A DNA stretch of 64,000 nucleotides from Thermoanaerobaculia bacterium. GTDB taxonomy: Bacteria > Acidobacteriota > Thermoanaerobaculia > UBA5066. A model generated the notes under the pieces. It was not told the origin of the DNA. It searched no databases and saw only the letters and a list, made by a program, of their open reading frames with translations. A program made the position numbers and the translations under genes. The DNA is taken from assembly GCA_038245905.1 (NCBI GenBank), contig JBBRRY010000002.1, positions 32,001-96,000 of the forward strand, given 5' to 3'. Every line of letters begins with the position of its first letter. Within the stretch, counting starts at the first letter, position 1. This document shows positions 45,261 to 56,230 of this stretch, in pieces.

Positions 45261-46778
45261 CTATTCGATTCCGAAAAAGGCGCGAATCTTCGCGAGCGTG
45301 AGGGACTGCGACCGCTCCATCCTGAGGCGCTTGGCCTCTTCCGAGAGTCCCTCGCGAACGGCCGCGAGCGCCGCGTCCCGCTCCGCCACCAGCTTCGCGA
45401 TCGCATCCGCGACCGCGGGGCGCTTCTCGAGGATCTCCTTGAAGTGACTCTTCTCGACGCGCCAGGCCTCGGCGTCCGTTAGGGCAAGGACCGTCGCCTT
45501 GCGCGGCTCGCCCGTGAGGAGGCCCATCTCGCCGAAGAAATCGGGTGCCTGGAGCGTCGCGACGCTGCGCGGCGTCCCGCCGTCCACGGACACGCGAACC
45601 TCGACGTGGCCCTTCGTGAGGACGTAAAGGTGATGACCCTCGGCTCCCTGGACGACGAGCGATTCCCCTGCGGCGAATGGGGTGAACGCGATCGTGCTCG
45701 CGAGTCCCTCGCGCTCCTCCGGCGTCAACGGCGAGAAGATGGACACCCGCTCGAGCAGGGCGCGCCGCGCGCCGCGATCGGCGTCGAGGGCCCGGGCGCG
45801 GCTCTCGGCGTCGTCGGGCGTGAGGACGACGTGGCGGACCGGGAAAGAGAGATGGAGGCCGGCGCGCCGGAGCGCGAACCAGATCCTTGCCCTCACGATC
45901 GAATCCGTCGCGTCAGCGCGAAACATGTCCGTGAGCCAGTAGCGGACCGCGAATCGCGAGGAGCTCTCCGCGAAGTCGATGAAGACGCATTCCGGCGGAG
46001 GCTCCGGGTCGACATCCGGCACGGCGTCGCGCCGCAGGGCCTCCTCGACGTGCGCGATCACCTCCGTCGGGGGCGCCCCCGACTCCACGTTGAAAAAGAC
46101 CCAGCGGCGCTCGGTGTCGATGGCCCCCATCCCGCGGCCGCGGACCGTCACCGCGTTCTTCATGAAGAGCGCGTTCGGGACGACGACGAGATCGCGGTTG
46201 CGCGTCTCGATCGAGGTCTGTCGCCAGCCGATCTCGCGCACGAGACCGGTCGTGTCGCCAAGGGTCACCCAGTCGCCCGCCTTGACGGACCCGTCGAGCT
46301 GTAGGGCGAGGCCGCCCATGACATTTCCGAGCGTGTCCTGCAGCGCCCAGCCGAGAACCGCGGTCAGGACCGCCGACGTCGCGACGATGCCGGCGACCTC
46401 GACGCGCCCCGACGAGAGGACCGCGAGCGTCGCGGCGACGCTGCCCGCGGCGATCGCGAGATCGCGGAGGATGCGGGGCGGGCGCATTTTCACGAGCGGC
46501 AGGAAGACGTCGAAGAACAGCGTCCCCGCGAGCGCAACGGCGGCGATCGCGGCGATCGCGCGCCCCGTGAGATCGAGGGCGGGCGCGGCCGCGGACAGGC
46601 CGACCTCGGGGGCGAGGTGGGCGGCCGCGTGGACGACGAAGCCCAGAACGCCGAGGAGCAAAACCCTCAGGACGCGGCGCCGCTCGCGGCGGTCGGCCAG
46701 CGCCACGAAGACCGCGGCGGCGCCGAACGCGAGTGCGTCCCGGAGGACGGAGTGGGTCAGGAAGGGCTCTGAAGTCAA
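45261..46778 (-). CDS. MscS-family mechanosensitive channel with a C-terminal cNMP-binding domain
   Basis: GWALQDTLGNVMGG, GDWV, EIGWRQT, VPN; FFGEMGLLTGEPRKATV. Confidence 0.92.
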   Translation of the reverse strand: MTSEPFLTHSVLRDALAFGAAAVFVALADRRERRRVLRVLLLGVLGFVVHAAAHLAPEVGLSAAAPALDLTGRAIAAIAAVALAGTLFFDVFLPLVKMRPPRILRDLAIAAGSVAATLAVLSSGRVEVAGIVATSAVLTAVLGWALQDTLGNVMGGLALQLDGSVKAGDWVTLGDTTGLVREIGWRQTSIETRNRDLVVVPNALFMKNAVTVRGRGMGAIDTERRWVFFNVESGAPPTEVIAHVEEALRRDAVPDVDPEPPPECVFIDFAESSSRFAVRYWLTDMFRADATDSIVRARIWFALRRAGLHLSFPVRHVVLTPDDAESRARALDADRGARRALLERVSIFSPLTPEEREGLASTIAFTPFAAGESLVVQGAEGHHLYVLTKGHVEVRVSVDGGTPRSVATLQAPDFFGEMGLLTGEPRKATVLALTDAEAWRVEKSHFKEILEKRPAVADAIAKLVAERDAALAAVREGLSEEAKRLRMERSQSLTLAKIRAFFGIE

Positions 46779-46804
46779 GAGAAGGCGATTATGCCCGGAG
46801 CGGC

Positions 46805-47956
46805 CTACGCCCCTTCCCGCGCGAGGCTCACGACCGGCCGGCCCGAGAGGCTGATGGCGGGGACGAGAGAGGAAAGGACCGCGACGAACAGGGACAACCC
46901 CGCGACGACCGCGACCATCGTGGCGTCGGCCCTCAGCAGCGCGCCGATTCCCGCGAACTGCGAGTCGGAGATCGCCCTCTCGACGAGCCGTGCGAACAGG
47001 CTCATGAATCCGACCGCGAGGATCGCCCCCGCAGCTCCGAAGAACGCGCCCTCGAGGACGAGCAACTGAAGCACGGTCTGCCGGGGGAAACCAAGGATTC
47101 TCAGCAGGGCCGCCTCACCCCGCCTCTCGCGGGCCGACATCGCGAGCGTGTTGCTCGTGATGAGGAAGAGCGTGAACGCGGTCGCGAGGCCGATCCCCCC
47201 GAGGAGCGCCTGTACGTTGCCGAGCATGTCCATGAACATGAGCTGCCACTGCTTCTCGCTCATGGCCCGGATCGGAACGGGCGAGTTTTCCAGACGGCGC
47301 TCGATCTCGGCCGTGACGCGCGCGACGTCCGGCCTGGATTTCGCGAGGATCCAGTACATCCCGACCTGCCCCGCGTCCCCCGTCACGTTCTCGTAGTACT
47401 TGCGGTGGACGTAGAGGCCATTGTCGAGCTTGTACGCCATGATCCCGCGGATCGTCGTCTCGACGACGCCGCCCGCCACGGGCGCCTTGAGGACGACCCG
47501 GTCCCCGATCTTCCAGCCGTGCTGCTTCGCGAGAATCGGACCGATCACGCACCCCGTCGGGTCGGCCTTCCACGCGGCCACCTGGTCGGGTGGGATCTTC
47601 GCCTCTATGTAGACCTCGAGAAACGCGTCAGCTGGAGCCGCCTGGAACGGGACCATGTTCTCGGGCCGATCGTCTTTCCACTGCGTCATGAGGAAGTCGA
47701 ACGGGCAGACGCGCTGGACGCCGGGAACGTCTTCGAGCTTCGCGAGGTAAGCCATCGGAAGCCTCTCGAACATGGACGTCTTCGCCATGACCATCGCGCG
47801 GCGGCCCATGTTCTCGGACCAGTCGTTCTTGAGCGCCCCGTTCACGAGGTAGAGAAAGCCCACCAGACCCGCGGAGAGGCCGATCGCGAGGGCCGTCAGC
47901 GCGCTCCGCAAGGGGCGGCTCGTCACGTGTCGGTAGGCGAGGCGAACAGGGGTCAT
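46805..47956 (-). CDS. MacB/FtsX-type ABC permease (no ATPase adjacent)
   Basis: RPLRSALT, GCVIG..LA...GWKIGD, NTLAMSARERRGEAALLRILGF. Confidence 0.85.
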   Translation of the reverse strand: MTPVRLAYRHVTSRPLRSALTALAIGLSAGLVGFLYLVNGALKNDWSENMGRRAMVMAKTSMFERLPMAYLAKLEDVPGVQRVCPFDFLMTQWKDDRPENMVPFQAAPADAFLEVYIEAKIPPDQVAAWKADPTGCVIGPILAKQHGWKIGDRVVLKAPVAGGVVETTIRGIMAYKLDNGLYVHRKYYENVTGDAGQVGMYWILAKSRPDVARVTAEIERRLENSPVPIRAMSEKQWQLMFMDMLGNVQALLGGIGLATAFTLFLITSNTLAMSARERRGEAALLRILGFPRQTVLQLLVLEGAFFGAAGAILAVGFMSLFARLVERAISDSQFAGIGALLRADATMVAVVAGLSLFVAVLSSLVPAISLSGRPVVSLAREGA

Positions 47957-49014
47957 GCGACGGGCTCTATTCTCAGCGTGGATCCCCGAATCGTCTCGAT
48001 GAAACGCGCTCCGAACGCGAGCGACGGCGTGTGGACCCCCGGCGGCACGGAACCGGCGAGGACGCGCTTCGCGATCGCGACCGACGTCTCCGCCGTCAGC
48101 CCGTAGCCCTCCAGCGTCTCGAGCGCGCCGGTCACGGAGCGCCCGCCCTTCGTGACGCGCCCCCACAGGAACGAGCGCTCCCGCTCGCGCTCCTCGGCCG
48201 TCGGGCCCTTCACGTTTCGCTCGATACGCCTCATGAGGAAGGACTGCACGAGAGGCAGGCCGAGGACGGGGGCAAACCGGCGCATGCGCCGCGCGTTCGC
48301 GACCGCCGAGGGTGGGACCGCCATGTAGACCTCGATGTTCGGGATCCCGGTCGACCGCCAGGCGGTCGCGAGGTCGCCCCACGGAATCGTCATCGCGAGG
48401 CGGGGTTTGTCCGGAAGCGGGACGTCCATCGTCTTCCATGCCGACGGCACTCTCGTGAGCTTCCCTTCGACTCGCACGAGTCCGCCCTTGTGGGCCCCCT
48501 CGACCATCGTCTTCATCGTCCCCGCGCTCGGCTTGAAGCCCCGGAAAGCGAGCGTGAGCGTCTCCGCCCCCGGCAGGGCTTCCGAGAGCGCCTTCGCGAG
48601 GCAGTCCGACGGCACGACGTCGAACCCCGTGCCCGGAAGCACAGAGATTCCCGCCTTCTTCGCGTCCGCGTCGCGTGCGAACGCGGCCTCGAATACCGCG
48701 ACCTCGCCCGTGATGTCGAGATAGGCGGTCCGTGCGCGGAGGCACGCGTCGAGCGCCGGGGCGCTCGTTTTCGAAAACGGTCCCGCCGCGAGGAGCAGCG
48801 CGGAAAACGGCTCGAGCAGACGCGCCACGGTGCCGGGATCCTCGAGGCCGAAACAGAGGCTCTTCAGACCGTGCGCCTTCGCGATCGGCTCGACGGCCGC
48901 CGCGCTTCGGCCCGCGAGGATGGGCCGAAGCCCCTCGCGCAGCGCGACTTCGAGAATGAGCTTCCCCGTGTAGCCGTTCGCGCCGTAGAGCAGCAGGCCC
49001 GACTTTTCGGTCAT
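47953..49014 (-). CDS. Saccharopine dehydrogenase-like NAD(P)-binding oxidoreductase
   Basis: LYGANGYTG, LAGR, AAGPF, YLDITGE, GFDVVPSD, IPWGD. Confidence 0.88.
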   Translation of the reverse strand: MTEKSGLLLYGANGYTGKLILEVALREGLRPILAGRSAAAVEPIAKAHGLKSLCFGLEDPGTVARLLEPFSALLLAAGPFSKTSAPALDACLRARTAYLDITGEVAVFEAAFARDADAKKAGISVLPGTGFDVVPSDCLAKALSEALPGAETLTLAFRGFKPSAGTMKTMVEGAHKGGLVRVEGKLTRVPSAWKTMDVPLPDKPRLAMTIPWGDLATAWRSTGIPNIEVYMAVPPSAVANARRMRRFAPVLGLPLVQSFLMRRIERNVKGPTAEERERERSFLWGRVTKGGRSVTGALETLEGYGLTAETSVAIAKRVLAGSVPPGVHTPSLAFGARFIETIRGSTLRIEPVA

Positions 49015-50423
49015 GAGGGGGTTCCTTCCAGAGAGCCGGGCGCGCTTCCCAGCCGCACGCCGCAGACGTTCGTGAGATCACGGCACGCGTCGACCTCGTC
49101 CTCGGCGCCGCGCGCCGCCTCGTCGGACAGAACGTACCGGAATCCCTCGTCCTGAGGAAACACGATCCCGTTTTCGAGGACACGGCGCGGCCCACCGACG
49201 CCGAAGAGGCCGGAGTCCATCACGATCCACATCCAGTCGGCCTCGCGGGCGAGACCAGCGTGGGCCAGGACGTCGCCGAGGCGGAATGCGGGGATGGAGG
49301 AGAGAGAAGAGTCGCTTGCTGAAGAGGGGGAAGGAGAGAAAGAGATTTTCTTAGAAAGGGATCGAGAGAGAGCCTCGAAGCCTCTTGGGTCGAATGCGCG
49401 CGTAGCGCCCTTCCCGTCTTCGAGCGTCAGGAGCGGGGCATCCGCGGGCACGAGCGCGTCCGCCAGCACTCTTTCCCATTCAAAGAAATCCCCGGTTCCC
49501 TCCCCCGTCTCCGGGTCCTTCAGGATCACGTCCACCCGGCTGTCGCGCCGCCACGACGTCGGCTCGCTCGTGAGCCTTCCGCCCGCGATCTCGTGGAGCC
49601 TCCAGCCCGCCGTCGTGTGAAAGAGGCCCTTGGCGCGTGCGACGCGCCCCTTCGTGAGCGTACCTGCGCGGAGCGCTTCGAGGGCGGCCATGAGGCGATC
49701 CGCGTCGAAGACCCTCTCCGGCGGGTACGCAACGCCCTTCCCGACATGTCCCTCGGAGGAATTCGGATTTCCATGGAGGTGGTGTGGCGCCGGCGTCTCG
49801 AGAAGGGTCGCGGCGGCAGCGGTCGCGGGGCGCTCGAGATCCCAGACCTCGTCGGGGAGGATGGCGTGCTTCGCCCGCACGATCAGCAGCTTCGGCGGCG
49901 CCAACGCGCGGACGAACTCTTCACTTCTAAGAATCTCTTCTTCCGAGGCGACATCGCAGCGATTTACGACGATCACGTCGGCAACGTCGATCTGGTCCCG
50001 GAAGAGCGCGCTCTCCGCGTAGGCCTTCGCGAGGTCCTGCTGAGGGTCGAGGATCGTGATGACGGGGCGGACGTCGAAGCGGTTCGCCCAGCGCGGGCCG
50101 CGCAGGAGGTCGACGAGCTCGGACGGCCTCGCGAGCCCGGTCGGCTCGAGGACGAAACGCGTCGGCGCCACGAGGTCGGAAACCTCTTCGAGGGAGGCCT
50201 CGAGGTCGGCCATCGCGGTGCAGCAGACGCACCCCCCCGGCACTTCTCGGAGGATGCAGCTTGCGCAGTCCGACAGGAGCGCGCCATCCACGCCGAGCGT
50301 CCCGAATTCGTTCACGACGACCGCGATCCGCTCGCGATCGGCCCGGCGCGCGAGGAGATTCTTGACCGCGGTGGTCTTCCCGGCGCCCAGGAACCCCGAC
50401 AGCACGTGGAATGGAATCCTCAC
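49011..50423 (-). CDS. COG0523/CobW-family G3E metallochaperone GTPase with a C-terminal extension
   Basis: SGFLGAGKTT, VNEFG, GGCVCC, EPTGLARP, NRCD, ARAKG, DSRVDVI. Confidence 0.9.
   Translation of the reverse strand: MRIPFHVLSGFLGAGKTTAVKNLLARRADRERIAVVVNEFGTLGVDGALLSDCASCILREVPGGCVCCTAMADLEASLEEVSDLVAPTRFVLEPTGLARPSELVDLLRGPRWANRFDVRPVITILDPQQDLAKAYAESALFRDQIDVADVIVVNRCDVASEEEILRSEEFVRALAPPKLLIVRAKHAILPDEVWDLERPATAAAATLLETPAPHHLHGNPNSSEGHVGKGVAYPPERVFDADRLMAALEALRAGTLTKGRVARAKGLFHTTAGWRLHEIAGGRLTSEPTSWRRDSRVDVILKDPETGEGTGDFFEWERVLADALVPADAPLLTLEDGKGATRAFDPRGFEALSRSLSKKISFSPSPSSASDSSLSSIPAFRLGDVLAHAGLAREADWMWIVMDSGLFGVGGPRRVLENGIVFPQDEGFRYVLSDEAARGAEDEVDACRDLTNVCGVRLGSAPGSLEGTPS
49343..49490. 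repeat. Inverted pair of the TTC-N3-GAA motif (locus B); an additional single copy at 49924-49940
   Basis: AGATTTTCTTAGAAAGGG at 49343 is the exact reverse complement of 63711-63728; CCATTCAAAGAAATC at 49476 equals 39032-39046. Confidence 0.6.
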
Positions 50424-50487
50424 AGGATCATCCTACCGCCGAAATTTAGGGCACGAACCAGCCTTCCCTTCCCGTAAGATTCGCGCG

Positions 50488-52443
<1,956 letters not shown>

Positions 52444-52449
52444 CCCCGC

Positions 52450-53397
52450 TTGAACTTCGCCCTGCCCGTTCTTGTTTTAGCTGCCCTCGTTGCCGTCGCC
52501 CCGGAACCCGCGCCGGATCCCGCCGGCGCCGCGGTCGTCGCCGCTGCCCGGACGGCGGAAGGGACCTCTGGTGCCGTCGTGGGCGTTTCCGTCCTGCACC
52601 TCGAGACCGGCCGCCGCGCCTCGTGGCACGGGCACGAGCGCTTCCAGATGGCGAGCGTCTTCAAGCTGCCCGTCGCGATCGCGATCCTCCACGCCGTCGA
52701 GAAGGGAAAGCTGCGGCTCGAACAGGAAGCCGAGATCCGGGAGTCGGACCGGATGGAGATCGGTCCGATCTACGACGAGTGGAAACCCGGGATGCGCGTG
52801 ACGGTCGAGCGAATGGTCGACGTCATGCTCGTCGACAGCGACAACACCTCCGCGGACGTCCTCATCGGCCTCCTCGGCGGGCCGCAGGCGATTGAGAAGA
52901 CGTTAGCGGCGAAAGGCGTCTCCGGCATCCGGATCTCGCTCGACGAGAAGGGCCTCGGCGCCGCGATGAAGAAGGATCTCGCCGCGCTCGAGAGGGGCTC
53001 TGAGAACGGGACGAGCCCCGACGCGATGGCGGCCCTGCTCGGCCGACTCTTCATGGGCGAGCTCCTTTCGCGTCCGTCGACGGACCGTATCCTGGACGCG
53101 ATGCGCCGGTGCGCGACGGGCGGCCGCCGTCTCCGCGCGGGCCTTCCGAAAGGCACGGCGGTCTTCGACAAGACAGGCACGCTGCGCTCGTGCACGAACG
53201 ATTCCGGAATCGTGACTCTCGAGGACGGTTCGCACCTCGTCCTCGCCGTCTTCGTCCGGGGAGGGACCGACGCCGCGACGAGGGAGGCGGCGATCGCGTC
53301 CGTCGCGCGCGCGGCTTGGGAAGCGTTCGTACCCGGACGCACCGTTTCCGGCGGCACCGCCCCCCGCGCTAGTCTCCGCGCATGGTCGAGTCCCTGA
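52450..53397 (+). CDS. Class A serine beta-lactamase-family protein
   Basis: Signal peptide; FQMASVFK (SxxK), SDNT (SDN), E166-like DEKGL, DKTGT (KTG). Confidence 0.85.
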   Translation: MNFALPVLVLAALVAVAPEPAPDPAGAAVVAAARTAEGTSGAVVGVSVLHLETGRRASWHGHERFQMASVFKLPVAIAILHAVEKGKLRLEQEAEIRESDRMEIGPIYDEWKPGMRVTVERMVDVMLVDSDNTSADVLIGLLGGPQAIEKTLAAKGVSGIRISLDEKGLGAAMKKDLAALERGSENGTSPDAMAALLGRLFMGELLSRPSTDRILDAMRRCATGGRRLRAGLPKGTAVFDKTGTLRSCTNDSGIVTLEDGSHLVLAVFVRGGTDAATREAAIASVARAAWEAFVPGRTVSGGTAPRASLRAWSSP

Positions 53398-53942
53398 CGA
53401 CGCCCTATCTGCTCCTGGCCGCACCCGTGATGCTGGACCCGAACTTCTCGAAGACCGTCGTGGTCATGGGCCATCACACGCGCGAGGGCGCGCTGGGATG
53501 GATCGTGAACCGCCTGCTGGGCGAGCCTGCCATCAAGCTTCTCGCGCCGCCGCTCGACACGGCCGTTCACCCGGAGACCCCGCTCCGCGTGGGCGGGCCC
53601 GTTCTCACGAACGGGCTCGTCGCCCTCTTCCCGGAGGCTGTGCAAGGTGTCGAGTCGATCGAGATGGCGCCGGGGCTCCGTGTTTCGGCGGCCGCCGAGA
53701 TCCTCCCCAGGCTCTTCACCGCTCCGCCGTCCGCGGGCACGCCGGGGCTTCTCGTAATGGGCTATTCCGGCTGGGCCGCCGATCAGCTCGAGAGCGAAAT
53801 GGAGGAGGGCTCCTGGCTCGTCCTCCCGTGGGAACCCGGGCTCGTCTTCACGAACGACGTCGACGGGCTCTGGGAACGCGCTCTCGCGCACCTCGGCGTC
53901 GACCCGGCGTCCGTCTCCTCGTCGTCGACGGGCGTGAGCTGA
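53382..53942 (+). CDS. YqgE/AlgH-family protein
   Basis: LLAAP.MLDPNFSKTVV, GALGWIVNR, GGPV, GYSGWAADQLESE...GSW. Confidence 0.92.
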   Translation: MVESLTTPYLLLAAPVMLDPNFSKTVVVMGHHTREGALGWIVNRLLGEPAIKLLAPPLDTAVHPETPLRVGGPVLTNGLVALFPEAVQGVESIEMAPGLRVSAAAEILPRLFTAPPSAGTPGLLVMGYSGWAADQLESEMEEGSWLVLPWEPGLVFTNDVDGLWERALAHLGVDPASVSSSSTGVS

Positions 53943-53943
53943 C

Positions 53944-54918
53944 GTGAACGAGCTGACGGCCCTCATCCTCCGGCACGGCGTCGGCTTCGTGTTCCTGAAC
54001 GTTTTCCTCCAGCAGCTCGGCGTTCCCGTGCCCGCCGTCCCGACGCTTCTCGTCGCGGGCGCGCTCGCGGCCGACGGGCGGCTGCCGTTTGAGAGACTGC
54101 TCGCGGCGGCGTTCTTCGCGACGGTCGCGGCCGACACGGGCTGGTTCCTGCTCGGCCGGCGCTACGGGCAGAGGGTTCTCAAGACGCTCTGCAAGCTGTC
54201 TCTCTCTCCCGATTCCTGCGTACGCCAGACCGAGGGTCTCTTCGATTCGTATGGCCTCCGGTCGCTCCTCTTCGCGAAATTCGTTCCCGGATATTCCACG
54301 GTGGCACCGCCTCTCGCGGGCGCGGCGGGTGCGACGCTGCCCCGTTTTCTGGCCTTCACGTCCGCGGGAACGCTGATCTGGGTCGGGACCGCTCTCGGCC
54401 TCGGCCTCGTCTTCCATGGCGCGATCGAGCGCGTCCTCGCGTTTCTCGCGGATCTCGGTGGCGGCGCGGTCGCCGTCATCCTGGCGGCGCTCGTCGTCTA
54501 CATCGGCCTCAAGTGGATACAGCGGCGCCGCTTCTACCGGTTCCTCCGCATGGCGCGTATCCGCGTCGCGGACCTCCGCCGGCTCATGGACGAGGGAAAC
54601 GCTCCGCTGATCGTGGACGTGCGCTCGAACAACGCGCGGACGCGCGACGGGCGGCGCATCCCGGGAGCCATCGTGGTCAACATCCTCGAGCTGGACGAGA
54701 AGATTTCTCACCTGCCGACCGACCGGGAGATCGTCCTCTACTGCACGTGACCCAATGAAGCCTCGGCGGCCCGTGTGGCACGCCTTCTCATGGACCGCGG
54801 GTTCGCCCTCGTCCGGCCCCTCGAAGGCGGGCTCGACGCGTGGGAGGAAGCCGGCTACGAAATCGAGGCGGAGCGAATTCCCATGAGTCCGACGGGTTCG
54901 TTCCCTCCCGCGCCCTGA
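53944..54918 (+). CDS. DedA (VTT) membrane domain plus rhodanese; probable selenoprotein (UGA at 54748-54750 read as Sec)
   Basis: DedA motifs (QQLGVPVPA, LLFAKFVPG); rhodanese IVDVRS, IPGA, IVLYC-T-UGA-PNEASAARVARLLMDRGF..VRPLEGGLDAW continuing in frame to TGA 54916-54918. Confidence 0.85.
54751..54793 (+). promoter_or_regulatory. Candidate bacterial SECIS stem-loop
   Basis: GGCG-GCC-[CGUGU]-GGC-A-CGCC hairpin whose G-containing apical loop starts 22 nt after the UGA; a lower stem CCAAUGAAG/CUUCUCAUGG is possible. Confidence 0.55.
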
Positions 54919-54922
54919 GCCC

Positions 54923-55333
54923 TCACGCCCGCTCCCAGACCTCCTCGACGACGACGTCCGGATGCAGGGAGCGCCTCACGGGACACGTCTTGCCAGCGTT
55001 GACGAGCTTCTTGAAGTCCTCGTCGCTGCAGGGTGACGCGATGCGGTAGCGCGCCACGAGCTTCGCGATGCGCCGCGGGGGCTCCTGCGTCATGTGCTTC
55101 TCGATCTCGAACGTCACGCCCGTCACGGAAATCCCGCTCCGCGTCGCGTAAAGGCTCAGCGTCGTCGCCGCGCACGCGGCGAGCGACGCGGCGCAGAGAT
55201 CCGTAGGCGAGAAGCGGCTTCCGTCGCCGCCGTTGTCCGTCGGCGCCGTCGTCTCGAGGAGCGCGCCGGAAGGGCCATGGCGGAGTTCGGCTCCAGTCGG
55301 AGACGTGAGTCTGCCGGAGATTGAAACGCTCAT
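54923..55333 (-). CDS. OsmC-family protein
   Basis: APTDNGGDGSRFSPTDL...LAAC, CPVRRSLHP. Confidence 0.9.
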   Translation of the reverse strand: MSVSISGRLTSPTGAELRHGPSGALLETTAPTDNGGDGSRFSPTDLCAASLAACAATTLSLYATRSGISVTGVTFEIEKHMTQEPPRRIAKLVARYRIASPCSDEDFKKLVNAGKTCPVRRSLHPDVVVEEVWERA

Positions 55334-55348
55334 GGCGGTGAGTCTAGT

Positions 55349-56230
55349 TCAGCGGACAGCGTCCGCTCCGGGCAGCGGCCAGGCCGGGAGCGAGAGGAGA
55401 TCCTCCGGGTTCACGCGCGCGGCGCGCAGCTTCGCTCCCCAGTGGAGGTGCGGGCCCGTGACACGGCCCGTGTGCCCCGACGCGCCGAGGAGGGCCCCTT
55501 TCGCCACGTCGTCTCCCTCCTTCACGTCGATGCGCGACATGTGAAAGTACTGCGAGAAGAGCCCGGCGCCGTGGTCCAGGAGGACCGTGCCCCCGCTGAA
55601 GTAGAGATTCCCGGCGAGCACGACGCGGCCGTCCCCTGCCGCCTGCACGGACGTGCCCTCTGCCGCCGCGAGGTCCAGGCCCGCGTGAAAGCTCTTCGTC
55701 TTCCCGTTGTAGACGCGGCGGGCGCCGAAGTTGCCGTTCGAGGGCGCTGTCGAGGGCCGCGCGAAAGACGTAAAGAGGCGGACTGGCGATCCGCGGCCAT
55801 ACGCCTTGGCCACGCGAACCTGATCGGCCTTCACGCGCTCAAGCTCCTCTTTCGGCACCTCTACGTAGCGCGGGTCGACGGACAGCTTCTGGAGACGGAA
55901 GTTCCCTGCCGCGATCTTCAGCGGCCAGGCCAGCCGGGTGGAACCGTCCGGCGTCTCGAAGACGAGCGACCGCGTGCCGGGCGCCGCGGCCAGGTCCACG
56001 CCGAGGAGCCCGCGAAACGTCGTCCCGGCGATGTCGCGCTCGAGCGGGGTGCGCGTCTCCCCGTCCACCATGACGAGCGCCTGGAGCGGACGTTCGCTCG
56101 TGACCGTTACGAGGCTGACGCCGCCCTGTGTCGGAGACGTCACCGAGGCCGTGACCGTGAGGCCCGCGGCGGGGCCGGGAGCCGGACCGGCCGCGAGGAC
56201 GGCCGCCAGCAGAGTCTCCGGGAGGTTCAT
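55349..56230 (-). CDS. M23-family metallo-endopeptidase
   Basis: FGARRVYNG...HAGLD (HxxxD), YFHMS, GRVTGPHLHW (HxH). Confidence 0.92.
   Translation of the reverse strand: MNLPETLLAAVLAAGPAPGPAAGLTVTASVTSPTQGGVSLVTVTSERPLQALVMVDGETRTPLERDIAGTTFRGLLGVDLAAAPGTRSLVFETPDGSTRLAWPLKIAAGNFRLQKLSVDPRYVEVPKEELERVKADQVRVAKAYGRGSPVRLFTSFARPSTAPSNGNFGARRVYNGKTKSFHAGLDLAAAEGTSVQAAGDGRVVLAGNLYFSGGTVLLDHGAGLFSQYFHMSRIDVKEGDDVAKGALLGASGHTGRVTGPHLHWGAKLRAARVNPEDLLSLPAWPLPGADAVR

Noticed and set aside
50448-50463. GGGCACGAACC upstream of speA, identical to 11 bp of the fimU candidate promoter
   Set aside because: No acceptable -12 element at the right spacing; may be chance.
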